This document shows, piece by piece, positions 35,818 through 46,827 of a stretch of DNA of 64,000 bases (positions within the stretch are counted from its first letter, which is position 1; the number at the start of each line of letters is the position of its first letter). The stretch is from Flavobacteriia bacterium (GTDB taxonomy: Bacteria; Bacteroidota; Bacteroidia; Flavobacteriales; Schleiferiaceae): assembly GCA_038150465.1 (NCBI GenBank), contig JAYOTP010000003.1, positions 46,123 through 110,122 of the forward strand, in the 5' to 3' direction. The position numbers and the translations under genes are program-made. The notes under the pieces are model-generated. The model made no database searches. It was not told where the DNA came from and saw only the letters and a list, made by a program, of their open reading frames with translations.

Positions 35818-36621
35818 TTATTTCCAAGAGGTTCTAACGAGTCGTCCCTCATGGCTCCGAATATTCAGTGCCCTTCCCTGGTCCATCAGCCAATACTGAC
35901 CTCTGATCCCGATCAGTTTGCCCTTGATGTGGGGTTCCTTTTCAAGTTGAAGGCTCCTTTGGTGAACAAAGTGCTCTTTTACTGGATAGCTCAATTCCAC
36001 GACCTCTGCTTTTTCAGCACAATACGTACGGAATTCATCCGTGAGCAGTTCCATGGCCCGGCCTCTCTCCTCGTGCAGATCGTGGGCGATCTCCTCTGAT
36101 TGCAACATCTTTTTGACATGGGTCCGGTCTGAGAAATGTTCTTTCAAATGGACCTCGATCCGTCCGGCCAAAAAACGGTTGGGCACTTCGGCAAGAACAA
36201 TGGCAGAAGAGGCGCCCTGATCGATCCAGCGCGTGGGCATTTGGGCCACCCGGGTCACGCCGACTTTCACTCCGCCACTATTGGCCAGATAGACGATATG
36301 CGGCTGCAGTTGGTAGGCTTTCTCCCATTCCAGGTCGCGGTCTTCCTGACCGAGATGTGCCGTGCTCAGTTCGGGGCGGAAGATGGCATCTCCAGCTTGT
36401 GGCTTGCTGTAGAAGCAATCGTAGCAGAAGTGCTGCCGGAAAACTTTCTGAACCGTTTCTCCGCAAAAGCAGTGGATGTTGCCTCCGAATTCCATTTCGA
36501 AGTCCCGACCGATCAGTTCATTCAGGAACAACAGCTGTTCGCCCAATTCCAAACGATAGCGCACCTGGCCGTCTGGCTCACGCTCCGAGGACATCTTTTT
36601 CAATGGTGCTTCCGTGCTCAT
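35818..36621 (-). CDS. DUF2797-like protein with a 4-Cys cluster
   Basis: Start at MSTEAPLKKM (ATG at 36621). HCFCGETVQKVFRQHFCYDCF cysteine cluster and the VYLANSGGVKVGVTR motif resemble the DUF2797 family. Confidence 0.6.
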   Translation of the reverse strand: MSTEAPLKKMSSEREPDGQVRYRLELGEQLLFLNELIGRDFEMEFGGNIHCFCGETVQKVFRQHFCYDCFYSKPQAGDAIFRPELSTAHLGQEDRDLEWEKAYQLQPHIVYLANSGGVKVGVTRVAQMPTRWIDQGASSAIVLAEVPNRFLAGRIEVHLKEHFSDRTHVKKMLQSEEIAHDLHEERGRAMELLTDEFRTYCAEKAEVVELSYPVKEHFVHQRSLQLEKEPHIKGKLIGIRGQYWLMDQGRALNIRSHEGRLVRTSWK

Positions 36622-36698
36622 GGCTTTGTGGATCTGGAGTCTTGTATCGATGGCAGATGACCGGCCCCACGGGGCGAACATCAATTTCTGAAGCTACT

Positions 36699-36706
36699 TA
36701 TTTTTG
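36699..36706 (+). promoter_or_regulatory. candidate -7 promoter box (TATTTTTG) for the yebC-like gene
   Basis: Matches TAnnTTTG, 22 nt upstream of the ATG at 36729. Confidence 0.5.
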
Positions 36707-36728
36707 GACAGCAACGAAGCATTGAAAA

Positions 36729-37442
36729 ATGGGTAGAGCATTCGAATATCGAAAAGCGAGAAAGATGAAGCGCTGGGCAAGCATGAGCAAGGCCTTTACG
36801 CGCATCAGCAAGGAGATCATCATGGCGGTGAAGGAGGGAGGCCCCAATCCCGATGCCAATTACCGTCTGAAGGCTTTGATGCAGAATGCCAAGGCCGCCA
36901 ATATGCCCAAAGACAATGTCGAGCGGGCGATCAAAAAGGCAACATCCAAAGACCAAGCGGACTTCAAACAGATCGTTTACGAAGGCTATGCGCCACATGG
37001 TATCGCGGTTCTAATCGAGACGGCTACCGACAATCCCACACGTACAGTGGCCAACATCCGCTCTTATTTCAACAAATGTGAGGGCAGTTTGGGCACGAGT
37101 GGGTCGGTCGAATTCATGTTCGATCACAAGTGCCACTTCAAGATCCCCGGAGATGGGATCGACCCGGAAGAATTCGAACTTGAAATGATCGACCACGGAG
37201 TAGAAGAGATCTTCAGGGAAGAAGAGGATGGCAGCATCATGGTCTATGCGAATTTCCCGGACTACGGAGGAATTCAGTCTGCATTGGATGAAAAGGGCAT
37301 CGAGGTGATCAGTTCCGGTTTCGAGCGCATTCCCATGGACACCAAAAGTCTGGCCGATCCTCAGCAAGAGGAGGTGGATAAACTCTTGGAGAAATTTGAG
37401 GAGGACGACGATGTTCAAGCGGTCTACCACAACATGGTCTGA
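36729..37442 (+). CDS. YebC/PmpR family DNA-binding transcriptional regulator
   Basis: 237 aa: MGRAFEYRKARKMKRWASMSKAFTRISKEI ... YEGYAPHGIAVLIE. Confidence 0.9.
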   Translation: MGRAFEYRKARKMKRWASMSKAFTRISKEIIMAVKEGGPNPDANYRLKALMQNAKAANMPKDNVERAIKKATSKDQADFKQIVYEGYAPHGIAVLIETATDNPTRTVANIRSYFNKCEGSLGTSGSVEFMFDHKCHFKIPGDGIDPEEFELEMIDHGVEEIFREEEDGSIMVYANFPDYGGIQSALDEKGIEVISSGFERIPMDTKSLADPQQEEVDKLLEKFEEDDDVQAVYHNMV

Positions 37443-37598
37443 CCTGAATTTTTGGCAGCGGTTCGCAACTGAATTCCGCGGATGAGATCGGAAGACGATC
37501 GGCTTCGCGACACTTTGACACGATTGAGGGCGTAAATACTGACACGTACCAAGTGGCACAGATTTCGTCTTCTCGCGGCGAAACCAAAACAATTCAAC

Positions 37599-37877
37599 AT
37601 GTCAGAAGTAAAAATCCGTCCACTGGCAGATCGCGTGCTCGTTGAGCCTCTGGCGGCCGAGACGAAGACAGCTTCCGGGATCATCATTCCAGACACAGCT
37701 CAGGAGAAGCCACAACGCGGTAAGGTAGTGGCCATGGGCGATGGTAAAAAGGACGAGCCGATGACCGTTTCTGTCGGCGATGAAGTGCTTTACGGCAAGT
37801 ATTCAGGTACCGAACTCAAGTTCGATGGAGTGGATTATCTCATCATGCGTGAGTCCGATATCCTGGCCATCCTCTAA
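37599..37877 (+). CDS. groES: co-chaperonin GroES
   Basis: 92 aa: [12 protein letters not shown] ... [24 protein letters not shown]. Confidence 0.97.
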   Translation: MSEVKIRPLADRVLVEPLAAETKTASGIIIPDTAQEKPQRGKVVAMGDGKKDEPMTVSVGDEVLYGKYSGTELKFDGVDYLIMRESDILAIL

Positions 37878-37888
37878 CCAAACATTAA

Positions 37889-39541
<1,653 letters not shown>

Positions 39542-39563
39542 GCCGAACCTTCAGATCTTTTTC

Positions 39564-39588
39564 AACCCTGCCTCGGCAGGGTTTTTTT
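39564..39588 (+). terminator. rho-independent terminator after groEL
   Basis: AACCCTGC-CTCG-GCAGGGTT hairpin (39564..39583) whose 3' side runs into a 7-T tract (39582..39588). It lies 23 nt after the groEL stop and 3 nt from the stop of the convergent transporter gene. Confidence 0.8.
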
Positions 39589-39590
39589 AT

Positions 39591-41000
39591 TCAAAGCTCC
39601 AGAAAGAGGTAGTGATACGCACTGATCAGTGCGATACTGAGCAGATTCAGCCAGAGACCGGTTCGCGCCATACTGCCAATGGGGATCCGACCCGAACTGA
39701 AGACCACGGCATTGGGTGCAGTGGCCACGGGGAGCATGAAGGCGTAGGAAGAGGTGACCGCGCAGGCGAACATGAGCGAAAACGAATCCATCCCGAGGCT
39801 GGAACCGAGCGAGGCCAATACCGGCATCAAAACAGAGGCGGTGGCCACATTCGAGGTCAGTTCCGTCGTAAAATTCACAGAGGCCACCAGAAAGATGAGG
39901 ATGAGCAAGGGTGGGACCCCCTCCAGAAAGAGAAAGCGATCGGCCAGCCAGGTGGCGAGTCCTGTAGACTGGAAAGCTGCTGCCAGACTCAGTCCGCCGC
40001 CAAACAAGATCAGGATGCCCCAGGGAAGCTCTTTCATGTCCGACCACTCAAGGATGCGCCCCTTCGATCGGTCGGAAGGCAGAATGAAGAGAATGAGCGC
40101 TCCGCCCAGGGCGATCGCCGGATCGGAGAGCCCGGGCAGAAGGTCTTGCAGCAGCAGGGTTCGACCGATCCAAAGAACAACCACTGCAGAAAATACCAGC
40201 AGCACTTTCAATTCTTGCTTGCTCAGAGGACCAAGTGCATCGAGTTTCTGTTGAACGATCTTCTTGAGTTCGGGCTGATCGCGGTCCTCAAAACGGAATT
40301 TCCATCGGGTCAGGTAGAGCCAGCAGAGGATCAGTGCAGCGAGGGCCAGCGGGAGCGCCTGCCGGGTCCATTCGAAGAAGGAGACACTGCGTCCAAGCAG
40401 TTCATCAGAGGCTGCCGCAAAGATCAGGTTGGTGGGTGTTCCAATGAGCGTGGCCGTTCCTCCAATGCTCGCCGAATAGGCGATGCCCAAAAGCAAGGCC
40501 TGAGCGAAGGGCCCATTCGCACTCTGAGAACCGTTCCGATCGAGCTCCTTGAGCATAGCGAGGGCAATGGGCAGCAACATCAAGGTTGTGGCGGTATTGC
40601 TGATCCACATGGACAACAGCGCAGTGGCCAGTATGAATCCAAGCACAATGGAGCGGCTCCTGCTCCCTGTCCTTTTGATGATGCCCAGTGCGAGTCGTTG
40701 GTGCAGTCCCCATTTTTCGATGCTCAATGCCATGGCGAATCCACCGAGAAATAAAAAGATGATGGGACTGGAGTACACAGCCGCCGCAGGTTTCAATCCG
40801 ATCGCCTGAAGCAAAGGCAAGACCGTGACGGGCAAAAGCGCTGTGGCCGACATGGGAATGGCCTCGGTGACCCACCATATGGCCATCCAGGCAGTGAGGG
40901 CCAATACGTTCTGTGCCGCGGGTTCCAGACCATCGAAGGGAATGAGACCGATCACAAGGAAGGCCAGAGGTCCGGCGATCAGGGCCAGCATTTGCTTCAT
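39591..41000 (-). CDS. SLC13/DASS family anion:sodium symporter
   Basis: 469 aa, polytopic. TEAIPMSATALLP and ISNTATTLMLLPIA in the first half, TELTSNVATASVLMPV in the second: the duplicated hairpin motifs of DASS transporters. Confidence 0.8.
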   Translation of the reverse strand: MKQMLALIAGPLAFLVIGLIPFDGLEPAAQNVLALTAWMAIWWVTEAIPMSATALLPVTVLPLLQAIGLKPAAAVYSSPIIFLFLGGFAMALSIEKWGLHQRLALGIIKRTGSRSRSIVLGFILATALLSMWISNTATTLMLLPIALAMLKELDRNGSQSANGPFAQALLLGIAYSASIGGTATLIGTPTNLIFAAASDELLGRSVSFFEWTRQALPLALAALILCWLYLTRWKFRFEDRDQPELKKIVQQKLDALGPLSKQELKVLLVFSAVVVLWIGRTLLLQDLLPGLSDPAIALGGALILFILPSDRSKGRILEWSDMKELPWGILILFGGGLSLAAAFQSTGLATWLADRFLFLEGVPPLLILIFLVASVNFTTELTSNVATASVLMPVLASLGSSLGMDSFSLMFACAVTSSYAFMLPVATAPNAVVFSSGRIPIGSMARTGLWLNLLSIALISAYHYLFLEL

Positions 41001-41033
41001 GCCCCGAATCTAATATTTATGTAGCTGAAGCGG

Positions 41034-41798
41034 TCACCAACTTCCGCTCGCTCCGCCTCCTCCGAAGCTGCCTCCTCCAAAGCCACCGAAACCGCCACCT
41101 CCAAAACTCCCGCCTCCTCCGAAGCCTCTTCCACGTCCCATGGTGTATCCACTCATGGAACCCAGCCAGTAGGCCGTCATTAGGCCGCCGCCTCCGCCGC
41201 CTCTGCGGCCGCGTGATCCGAGCAGAACGAAAAGCAATATGATCAGAAAGAGGAGAAACCCGGAACCCTTTCCATTGCTCCCGGACCTTCGGCTGTTTTC
41301 ATTGTCGAAGCTTCCTGCAAGGGTCTGCACGATCCCTTCCACACCGGCTGCTATTCCGTTGAAATAGTCTCCATTTTTAAAATGTGGCAGAATACGTTCG
41401 TCAATGATCCGTCCTGTGGCTGCGGCGTTCATGTATTCCTCAATGCCATAGGCGGTTGCAATGCCAATGCTGCGGTCTTCCACTGCGACCACGAGGATGA
41501 TCCCGTTGTCTTTGAATTTCTGTCCGACCCCCCAGTTCTCCCCAACGCTGCTCCCATACAGCACTATGTCTTCTCCAGATGTGGAGGCTACGGTGAGCAC
41601 AACGATCTGGGTGGACGTGCTGTCGTCGTAATCGACCAAGAACCGTTCGAGCCTTCTCTCCTCTTCCGCACTCAAGACCTCAGCCAGGTCGTTGACCAGT
41701 CTTGCCGGGCTGGGTCGTTTTGGAATTTCCTGTGCCTGAAGTGCCGGGAAAAGCAGCAGGGCAATGAAGAAAAGGAGGCTAGGATTCAGAGATCTCAT
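41034..41798 (-). CDS. TPM-domain protein with TM segment and Gly-rich C-terminal tail (YgcG-like)
   Basis: Start at MRSLNPSLLFFIALLLFPALQAQ (ATG at 41798). TPM-like core (VNDLAEVLSAEEERRLERFL ... QIVVLTV ... GIILVVAVEDRSIGIATAYG), a TM segment, then GGGGSFGGGGFGGFGGGSFGGGGASGSW. Confidence 0.75.
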   Translation of the reverse strand: MRSLNPSLLFFIALLLFPALQAQEIPKRPSPARLVNDLAEVLSAEEERRLERFLVDYDDSTSTQIVVLTVASTSGEDIVLYGSSVGENWGVGQKFKDNGIILVVAVEDRSIGIATAYGIEEYMNAAATGRIIDERILPHFKNGDYFNGIAAGVEGIVQTLAGSFDNENSRRSGSNGKGSGFLLFLIILLFVLLGSRGRRGGGGGGLMTAYWLGSMSGYTMGRGRGFGGGGSFGGGGFGGFGGGSFGGGGASGSW

Positions 41799-42219
41799 CG
41801 TCCAGTTCATTGATGTCGTCTGCGCTGTGCGGGAAGAACTGAGCAAGTTGTTTTCCGGCCATGAGAATTCCCCGGCTGAGGCCCTGCTCAAATTCGCCCA
41901 GCCGGAAATGCCGCTGCATTTCATCCCGGATCTCGTTCCAGAATCCATCGGGGACAGCCTGATCTATTCCCCTGTCACCGAGGATGGTGAACTTGTGGTC
42001 TTCGGTGGCGAGATAAAAGAGCACTCCATTGCGTTCAGCCGTTCGGTGCATGCCCAAATGGGAGAAGATCTTTTGGGCTCGTTTGTAGGGATCCTTTCCA
42101 GACGACCGTTCCAAATGCACCCGGATCTCTCCAGATGTGTTCTGCTCGGCCTGCCGAATGGCTGAAATGATCCGTTCTTCGCTCTCCGGATCGAAAAAAC
42201 GCTCTTTGGGACGATCCAC
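41779..42219 (-). CDS. TPM-domain protein (short form)
   Basis: 146 aa, GTG start. FFDPESEERIISAIRQAEQNTSGEIRVHLE ... NGVLFYLATEDHKFTILGDRGI. Its start overlaps the LemA stop by 1 nt (TAGTG). Confidence 0.7.
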   Translation of the reverse strand: MDRPKERFFDPESEERIISAIRQAEQNTSGEIRVHLERSSGKDPYKRAQKIFSHLGMHRTAERNGVLFYLATEDHKFTILGDRGIDQAVPDGFWNEIRDEMQRHFRLGEFEQGLSRGILMAGKQLAQFFPHSADDINELDDEISES

Positions 42220-42809
42220 TAGAACTGGACCTCAGGAGCTTCTTCCGTCCCAGGCTTGGACTCGAAGTAGGATCGTGCCTGAAGCCCTGCGAATCCAGCG
42301 ATGAATCGTGCGGGGATCTTTCGGATCTCTCCGTTGAATGCTCGGACGGAATCGTTGAATTTTTTTCGCTCGAAAGCGATCTTATTTTCCGTATTGGTCA
42401 ACTCGTTCTGCAGGTCCCGGAAATTTTGGTTGGCCTTCAGATCGGGGTAGCGCTCCACTGAGACCAACAGGCGGGAGAGTGCACCTGTCAGACCTTCCTG
42501 AGCCTGCTGATATTTTTGCATGGACTCCGCGCTCAGATCGTTCGCATCGATCTGTACCGAAGTGGCCTTGCTTCGGGCCTCGATCACTTGGGTGAGCGTT
42601 TCTTTTTCAAAATCTGCATAGCCTTTGACGGTCTTGACCAGATTGGGGATGAGGTCTGCACGTCGCTGGTAGGCCGCTTCGACCTGTGCCCACTGGCCGT
42701 TTATGGATTCATCCTTGGCCACCAAGTCGTTGTACCGACCCATGGATGAAAAGATGAAGAGTGCAATGAGCCCCAGGATCGCCCATGGGAGAATACGCTT
42801 GATGTTCAT
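42219..42809 (-). CDS. LemA family protein
   Basis: 196 aa: N-terminal TM, then YNDLVAKDESINGQWAQVEAAYQRRADLIPNLV ... YPDLKANQNFRDLQNELTNTENKIAFERKKFND. Confidence 0.9.
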   Translation of the reverse strand: MNIKRILPWAILGLIALFIFSSMGRYNDLVAKDESINGQWAQVEAAYQRRADLIPNLVKTVKGYADFEKETLTQVIEARSKATSVQIDANDLSAESMQKYQQAQEGLTGALSRLLVSVERYPDLKANQNFRDLQNELTNTENKIAFERKKFNDSVRAFNGEIRKIPARFIAGFAGLQARSYFESKPGTEEAPEVQF

Positions 42810-43144
42810 AGTTGGTCTCGTAATTTTTCCAATGAGCTCTTCAATCGCAAAAGGCGTTCCGCGATCTGTGCCTTTCGTTCTGTGTCACTTTTGTCAGTGC
42901 GCATCTTTTTTCGTGCACCCTCAAGGGTGAAGCCCCTTTCTTTTACCAGGTAATGGATCGTCCGCAATTCCTGAATGTCAGCAGCTGTGAACTTGCGGTT
43001 GCCCTTTGCACTTTTCTTGGGTTTCAGGCTGGGAAATTCCTTCTCCCAAAAACGGATCAAAGACGCATTCACCGAAAGAAGCTCAGATACTTCCCCTATG
43101 CTGTAATACCGCTTTTCGGGATCGAGGTCCAGCCGATCGTCCAT
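42806..43144 (-). CDS. MerR-family HTH transcriptional regulator (short, no effector domain evident)
   Basis: 112 aa: YYSIGEVSELLSVNASLIRFWEKEF ... GNRKFTAADIQELRTIHYLVKERGFTLEGARKKM, followed only by a short coiled-coil-like tail. Confidence 0.8.
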   Translation of the reverse strand: MDDRLDLDPEKRYYSIGEVSELLSVNASLIRFWEKEFPSLKPKKSAKGNRKFTAADIQELRTIHYLVKERGFTLEGARKKMRTDKSDTERKAQIAERLLRLKSSLEKLRDQL

Positions 43145-44118
43145 CAGTCGAAAGACTGATTCTCGCGGTCGGCCATTTGTATGATCTCCTCGTATTCTTC
43201 CGGACTGAGGTCGTTGAAGAAAAAGTTGATGGGATTGATCTTCTTGCCGTTCCGATGCACTTCGTAATGCAGGTGGGGCGCAGTACTCAGGCCCGTGTTT
43301 CCAACCTTTCCAATGATCTCTCCCCTTTTGACAGTTTGGCCGGGCCGCACGCTCACGGAACTCATGTGGGCATACAGGCTTTCGTATCCATAACCATGGT
43401 CGATCACCACATATTTGCCGTATCCGCTTCCGCCGCGCTTTCGCTTGGCCAGCACCTTGCCATCCCCTGTGGCGTAGATCGGTGTTCCGGTGGCTGCAGT
43501 GAAATCGATGCCCGCGTGCATCTTAGGCACTTTGTAGATCGGATGGATCCGGTATCCAAAACCTGATGCAATGCGCTTTAGATCCTTGTTGGCCACGGGC
43601 TGTATCGCTGGAATGTGCGCGAGCATCTCCGATTTGTTCCTGGCCATTTCGATCACATCGTCAAATGAGCGAGACTGCACATAGAGTTGCTTGGTGATGA
43701 CGTCGAGTTTTTCAGCTGTTTTGCTGACGAGCTCAGAATTGCCATAACCTTCGAGATTCTTGTATCGGTTGGCACCACCGAATCCCGCTTCACGAATGCT
43801 GTTGGGGATCGGATCGGCCTCGAAGATGACGCGATAGATATTGTCGTCACGCTCCTGCAGATCGGCCAGTACTTCAGTGATCTGATCCAGCTGTTCGGAC
43901 ATCAGTCCGTATTGCATCTGGGTGAAGTTCAGTTCGCGATTCAGTCGCTTTTCTTCGGGAGAGTCAACGAATTGATAGGCGATCAGGACCATGAGCAGTC
44001 CGAACAAAGTGCTCGAACCGAGGAATATGCCCAATTCTTTGGCCCGCTGTTTCCAGCTTTTTTCGATCCTACGGTACGAAAGTGTCTTCGGATCGTAGTA
44101 GTATTTGATCTTTGCCAT
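43144..44118 (-). CDS. M23 family metallopeptidase, membrane anchored
   Basis: 324 aa: N-terminal TM, coiled-coil region, LytM motifs HAGIDFTAATGTPIYATGDG and GNTGLSTAPHLHYEV. Confidence 0.9.
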   Translation of the reverse strand: MAKIKYYYDPKTLSYRRIEKSWKQRAKELGIFLGSSTLFGLLMVLIAYQFVDSPEEKRLNRELNFTQMQYGLMSEQLDQITEVLADLQERDDNIYRVIFEADPIPNSIREAGFGGANRYKNLEGYGNSELVSKTAEKLDVITKQLYVQSRSFDDVIEMARNKSEMLAHIPAIQPVANKDLKRIASGFGYRIHPIYKVPKMHAGIDFTAATGTPIYATGDGKVLAKRKRGGSGYGKYVVIDHGYGYESLYAHMSSVSVRPGQTVKRGEIIGKVGNTGLSTAPHLHYEVHRNGKKINPINFFFNDLSPEEYEEIIQMADRENQSFD

Positions 44119-44141
44119 TACCTAATTTAGCTCTGTGAACG

Positions 44142-44149
44142 CAAAATTA
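44142..44149 (-). promoter_or_regulatory. candidate -7 promoter box (TAATTTTG) for the M23-MerR-LemA-TPM array
   Basis: CAAAATTA on the + strand is TAATTTTG on the minus strand, matching TAnnTTTG, 23 nt upstream of the M23 ATG at 44118. Confidence 0.45.
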
Positions 44150-44205
44150 CGCGCCATGGTGTGGAGGAAAAACGGAATACAGACGAAATCTGTTCACATC
44201 CGATT

Positions 44206-46827
44206 ATGAACAACCTAAGCGCCAAGGAAGTACGCGAACGCTTCCTCGAATTTTTCAGATCCCGGACACACCAGATCGTTCCCTCGGCTCCATTGGTCAT
44301 CAAGAACGACCCCACCCTGATGTTCGTCAATGCAGGGATGAATCCGTTCAAGGATCTTTTCCTCGGTTTGTCAGAGCCCAGCAGCCCCCGGGTGGCGGAT
44401 GCGCAGAAGTGCCTGCGGGTGAGCGGGAAGCACAACGATTTGGAAGAGGTGGGCAAGGATACCTACCACCACACGCTTTTTGAAATGCTGGGCAACTGGA
44501 GTTTCGGCGATTACTTCAAGAAGGAGGCGATCGAATGGGCTTGGGCTTTTCTCGTGGATGAACTCGAGATCGATCCGGAAAACCTCTATGCTACCGTATA
44601 TGAAGGCGACAGCTCCGACGGGCTGAAGCGCGATGACGAATCCGCCACGCTTTGGGCCCAGTTTCTCCCTGCGGAGCGCATCATCGATGGAAACAAGAAG
44701 GACAATTTCTGGGAGATGGGCGAAACCGGTCCTTGTGGTCCCTGTTCGGAGATCCACATCGACATGCGCAGCCAAAAGGAGAAAGAGGCAGTGGCTGGAA
44801 ATGAGTTGGTGAATGCCGATCATCCGCAGGTCATCGAAATATGGAACCTGGTCTTCATCGAGTTCAATCGGCTTGCCGATGGCCGGCTGGAACCCCTGCC
44901 TTCCAAGCATGTGGACACGGGCATGGGATTCGAACGCCTGGTGCGTGTGCTGCAGGGCAAGAATTCCAATTACGATACAGACATCTTCACGCCCTATCTA
45001 AGCCATTTGGAGCGGGAATGTGGTCTTGAATATGGCCAGTCGGAAGAGGTGGATGTGGCCATGCGTGTGGTGGCCGATCACCTGCGGGCAGTGAGTTTTT
45101 CCATTGCAGACGGTCAGCTTCCGTCCAATTCTGGAGCGGGCTACGTGATCCGGCGCATCTTGCGCAGGGCGATCCGGTATGGTTACACATTTCTCGGCAG
45201 AAACGAGCCTTTCATCCACGGTTTAGTGGGCATTCTGCAAAAGGAGATGGGCGAGGCCTATCCAGAATTGCGCAAGAGCGAAGACAACATTCGTCAAGTC
45301 ATTTTAGAGGAGGAAAAGGCATTCTTGAGGACCCTGTCCAAAGGGATGCTTCGGATCGAAACCCTGCTCTCCCAGCAAAAGAGCAGCGACCTCGATGGCA
45401 AGGCCGTCTTTGAATTGTACGATACCTATGGCTTTCCAGTCGATCTGACCCGGCTCATTCTCGAAGAAAGAGGGGGAAGGGTCGATGAGGAGGGATTTCG
45501 TGCCGCCATGGAAAAGCAGCGGGAGCGCGCACGCTCTGCGGGTAAGATGCAGCTGGAAGACTGGGTGGAATTCGAGGAAGACTCGGAAACGGAATTCATC
45601 GGATACGACCGACTCAGTGGTTCCGCGCGGCTTCTGAGGTTTCGCAAAGTGACCGTAGGCAAGCGTTCCCACGTTCAGATGGTCTTCGATCGCACACCCT
45701 TCTATGCAGAAGGAGGTGGGCAGGTAGGCGATCAGGGATGGCTCACGGCTCCGGACGGTCGGGTGGTCAAAGTCTTCGATTGCCGCAAGGAAACAGGGCT
45801 GCATGTGCACCTGGCAGAAGAATGCGATCCCACATCAGGAGATTGGAACCTCGAGGTCGACCGGGGCAGAAGGGCATCCACACAGGCAAACCACAGCGCA
45901 ACCCATTTGCTGCACAAGGCCCTTAGAGACGAACTGGGCGAGCATGTTGAGCAAAAGGGTTCACTGGTGGCTCCCGATCATCTGCGATTTGATTTCTCCC
46001 ACTACAGCAAGTTGGAAAAAGAACAGATCGGCAGGATCGAAGAGCGAGTGAATGAAGAGATCTGGAAAAATGTGGCGCTGAATGAGTTTCGCTCCATTCC
46101 GATAGACGAGGCGCTGAAGAAAGGGGCCATGGCGCTCTTTGGCGAAAAATATGGGGAAGAGGTCCGAGCGATCCAATTCGGAGACTCCATGGAACTCTGT
46201 GGTGGAACCCATGTTTCCTCGACCGGGGCCATCGGTCAGTTTCGCATTATGGCCGAATCGTCTGTCGCAAGTGGCATTCGCCGGATCGAGGCAGTCAGTG
46301 CTTTGGGCGCCTACCAGCGCAGTTGCCAGGAACGCGATACACTCGAGCGGCTTTCGGAGGAATTGAAACAGCCCAAGGATCTCATTCGGTCCGTCGGGCA
46401 GTTGAAGGAGCAAGTGCAGAAAGCAGAGAAAAAGCTGGCGGCGATGGCACAGGCCGAGGCAGAATCAGTGTTCAAGAGTTGGTCTGGATCCTATGTCATG
46501 CATTCTGATATCCGCGCGCTCATCCGAAAGGAGGCCTTATCTGCCGATCAGGTGAAGAATCTGCTGTTCCGTTTGGCCGAGCAGGAGAAGACCTTTGCGG
46601 CCGTAGCTGGTGTTGTGGATGGAAAACCGCATTTGAGTGTCTTGATCAGTAAGGACCTTGTGGAGAGCAGATCATGGAATGCAGGTGTACTCATACGGGA
46701 ATGGGCCAAGGTCATGAAAGGCGGTGGCGGCGGGCAGCCATTTCTCGCCACGGCAGGCGGAAAAGAAGCATCCACCGTAGATTCAATGCTCAAAACCATC
46801 GAAGAATGGATCGCATCTCAGGCCTGA
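44206..46827 (+). CDS. alaS: alanine--tRNA ligase
   Basis: Start at the ATG at 44206 (MNNLSAKEVRERFLEFFRSRTHQIVPSAPL); the track start at 44161 is GTG. FVNAGMNPFKD, WEMGETGPCGPCSEIH and the HSATHLLH editing-domain motif. Confidence 0.95.
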   Translation: MNNLSAKEVRERFLEFFRSRTHQIVPSAPLVIKNDPTLMFVNAGMNPFKDLFLGLSEPSSPRVADAQKCLRVSGKHNDLEEVGKDTYHHTLFEMLGNWSFGDYFKKEAIEWAWAFLVDELEIDPENLYATVYEGDSSDGLKRDDESATLWAQFLPAERIIDGNKKDNFWEMGETGPCGPCSEIHIDMRSQKEKEAVAGNELVNADHPQVIEIWNLVFIEFNRLADGRLEPLPSKHVDTGMGFERLVRVLQGKNSNYDTDIFTPYLSHLERECGLEYGQSEEVDVAMRVVADHLRAVSFSIADGQLPSNSGAGYVIRRILRRAIRYGYTFLGRNEPFIHGLVGILQKEMGEAYPELRKSEDNIRQVILEEEKAFLRTLSKGMLRIETLLSQQKSSDLDGKAVFELYDTYGFPVDLTRLILEERGGRVDEEGFRAAMEKQRERARSAGKMQLEDWVEFEEDSETEFIGYDRLSGSARLLRFRKVTVGKRSHVQMVFDRTPFYAEGGGQVGDQGWLTAPDGRVVKVFDCRKETGLHVHLAEECDPTSGDWNLEVDRGRRASTQANHSATHLLHKALRDELGEHVEQKGSLVAPDHLRFDFSHYSKLEKEQIGRIEERVNEEIWKNVALNEFRSIPIDEALKKGAMALFGEKYGEEVRAIQFGDSMELCGGTHVSSTGAIGQFRIMAESSVASGIRRIEAVSALGAYQRSCQERDTLERLSEELKQPKDLIRSVGQLKEQVQKAEKKLAAMAQAEAESVFKSWSGSYVMHSDIRALIRKEALSADQVKNLLFRLAEQEKTFAAVAGVVDGKPHLSVLISKDLVESRSWNAGVLIREWAKVMKGGGGGQPFLATAGGKEASTVDSMLKTIEEWIASQA

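Noticed and set aside
37443-37598. CIRCE/HrcA operator upstream of groES
   Set aside because: I looked for TTAGCACTC-N9-GAGTGCTAA and found no match on either strand.
39612-40754. 380-aa + strand ORF opposite the DASS transporter gene
   Set aside because: It is antisense to a well-supported polytopic transporter. The product is Arg/Gly/Gln/Glu-rich with no hydrophobic core or motif, so it is a shadow ORF.
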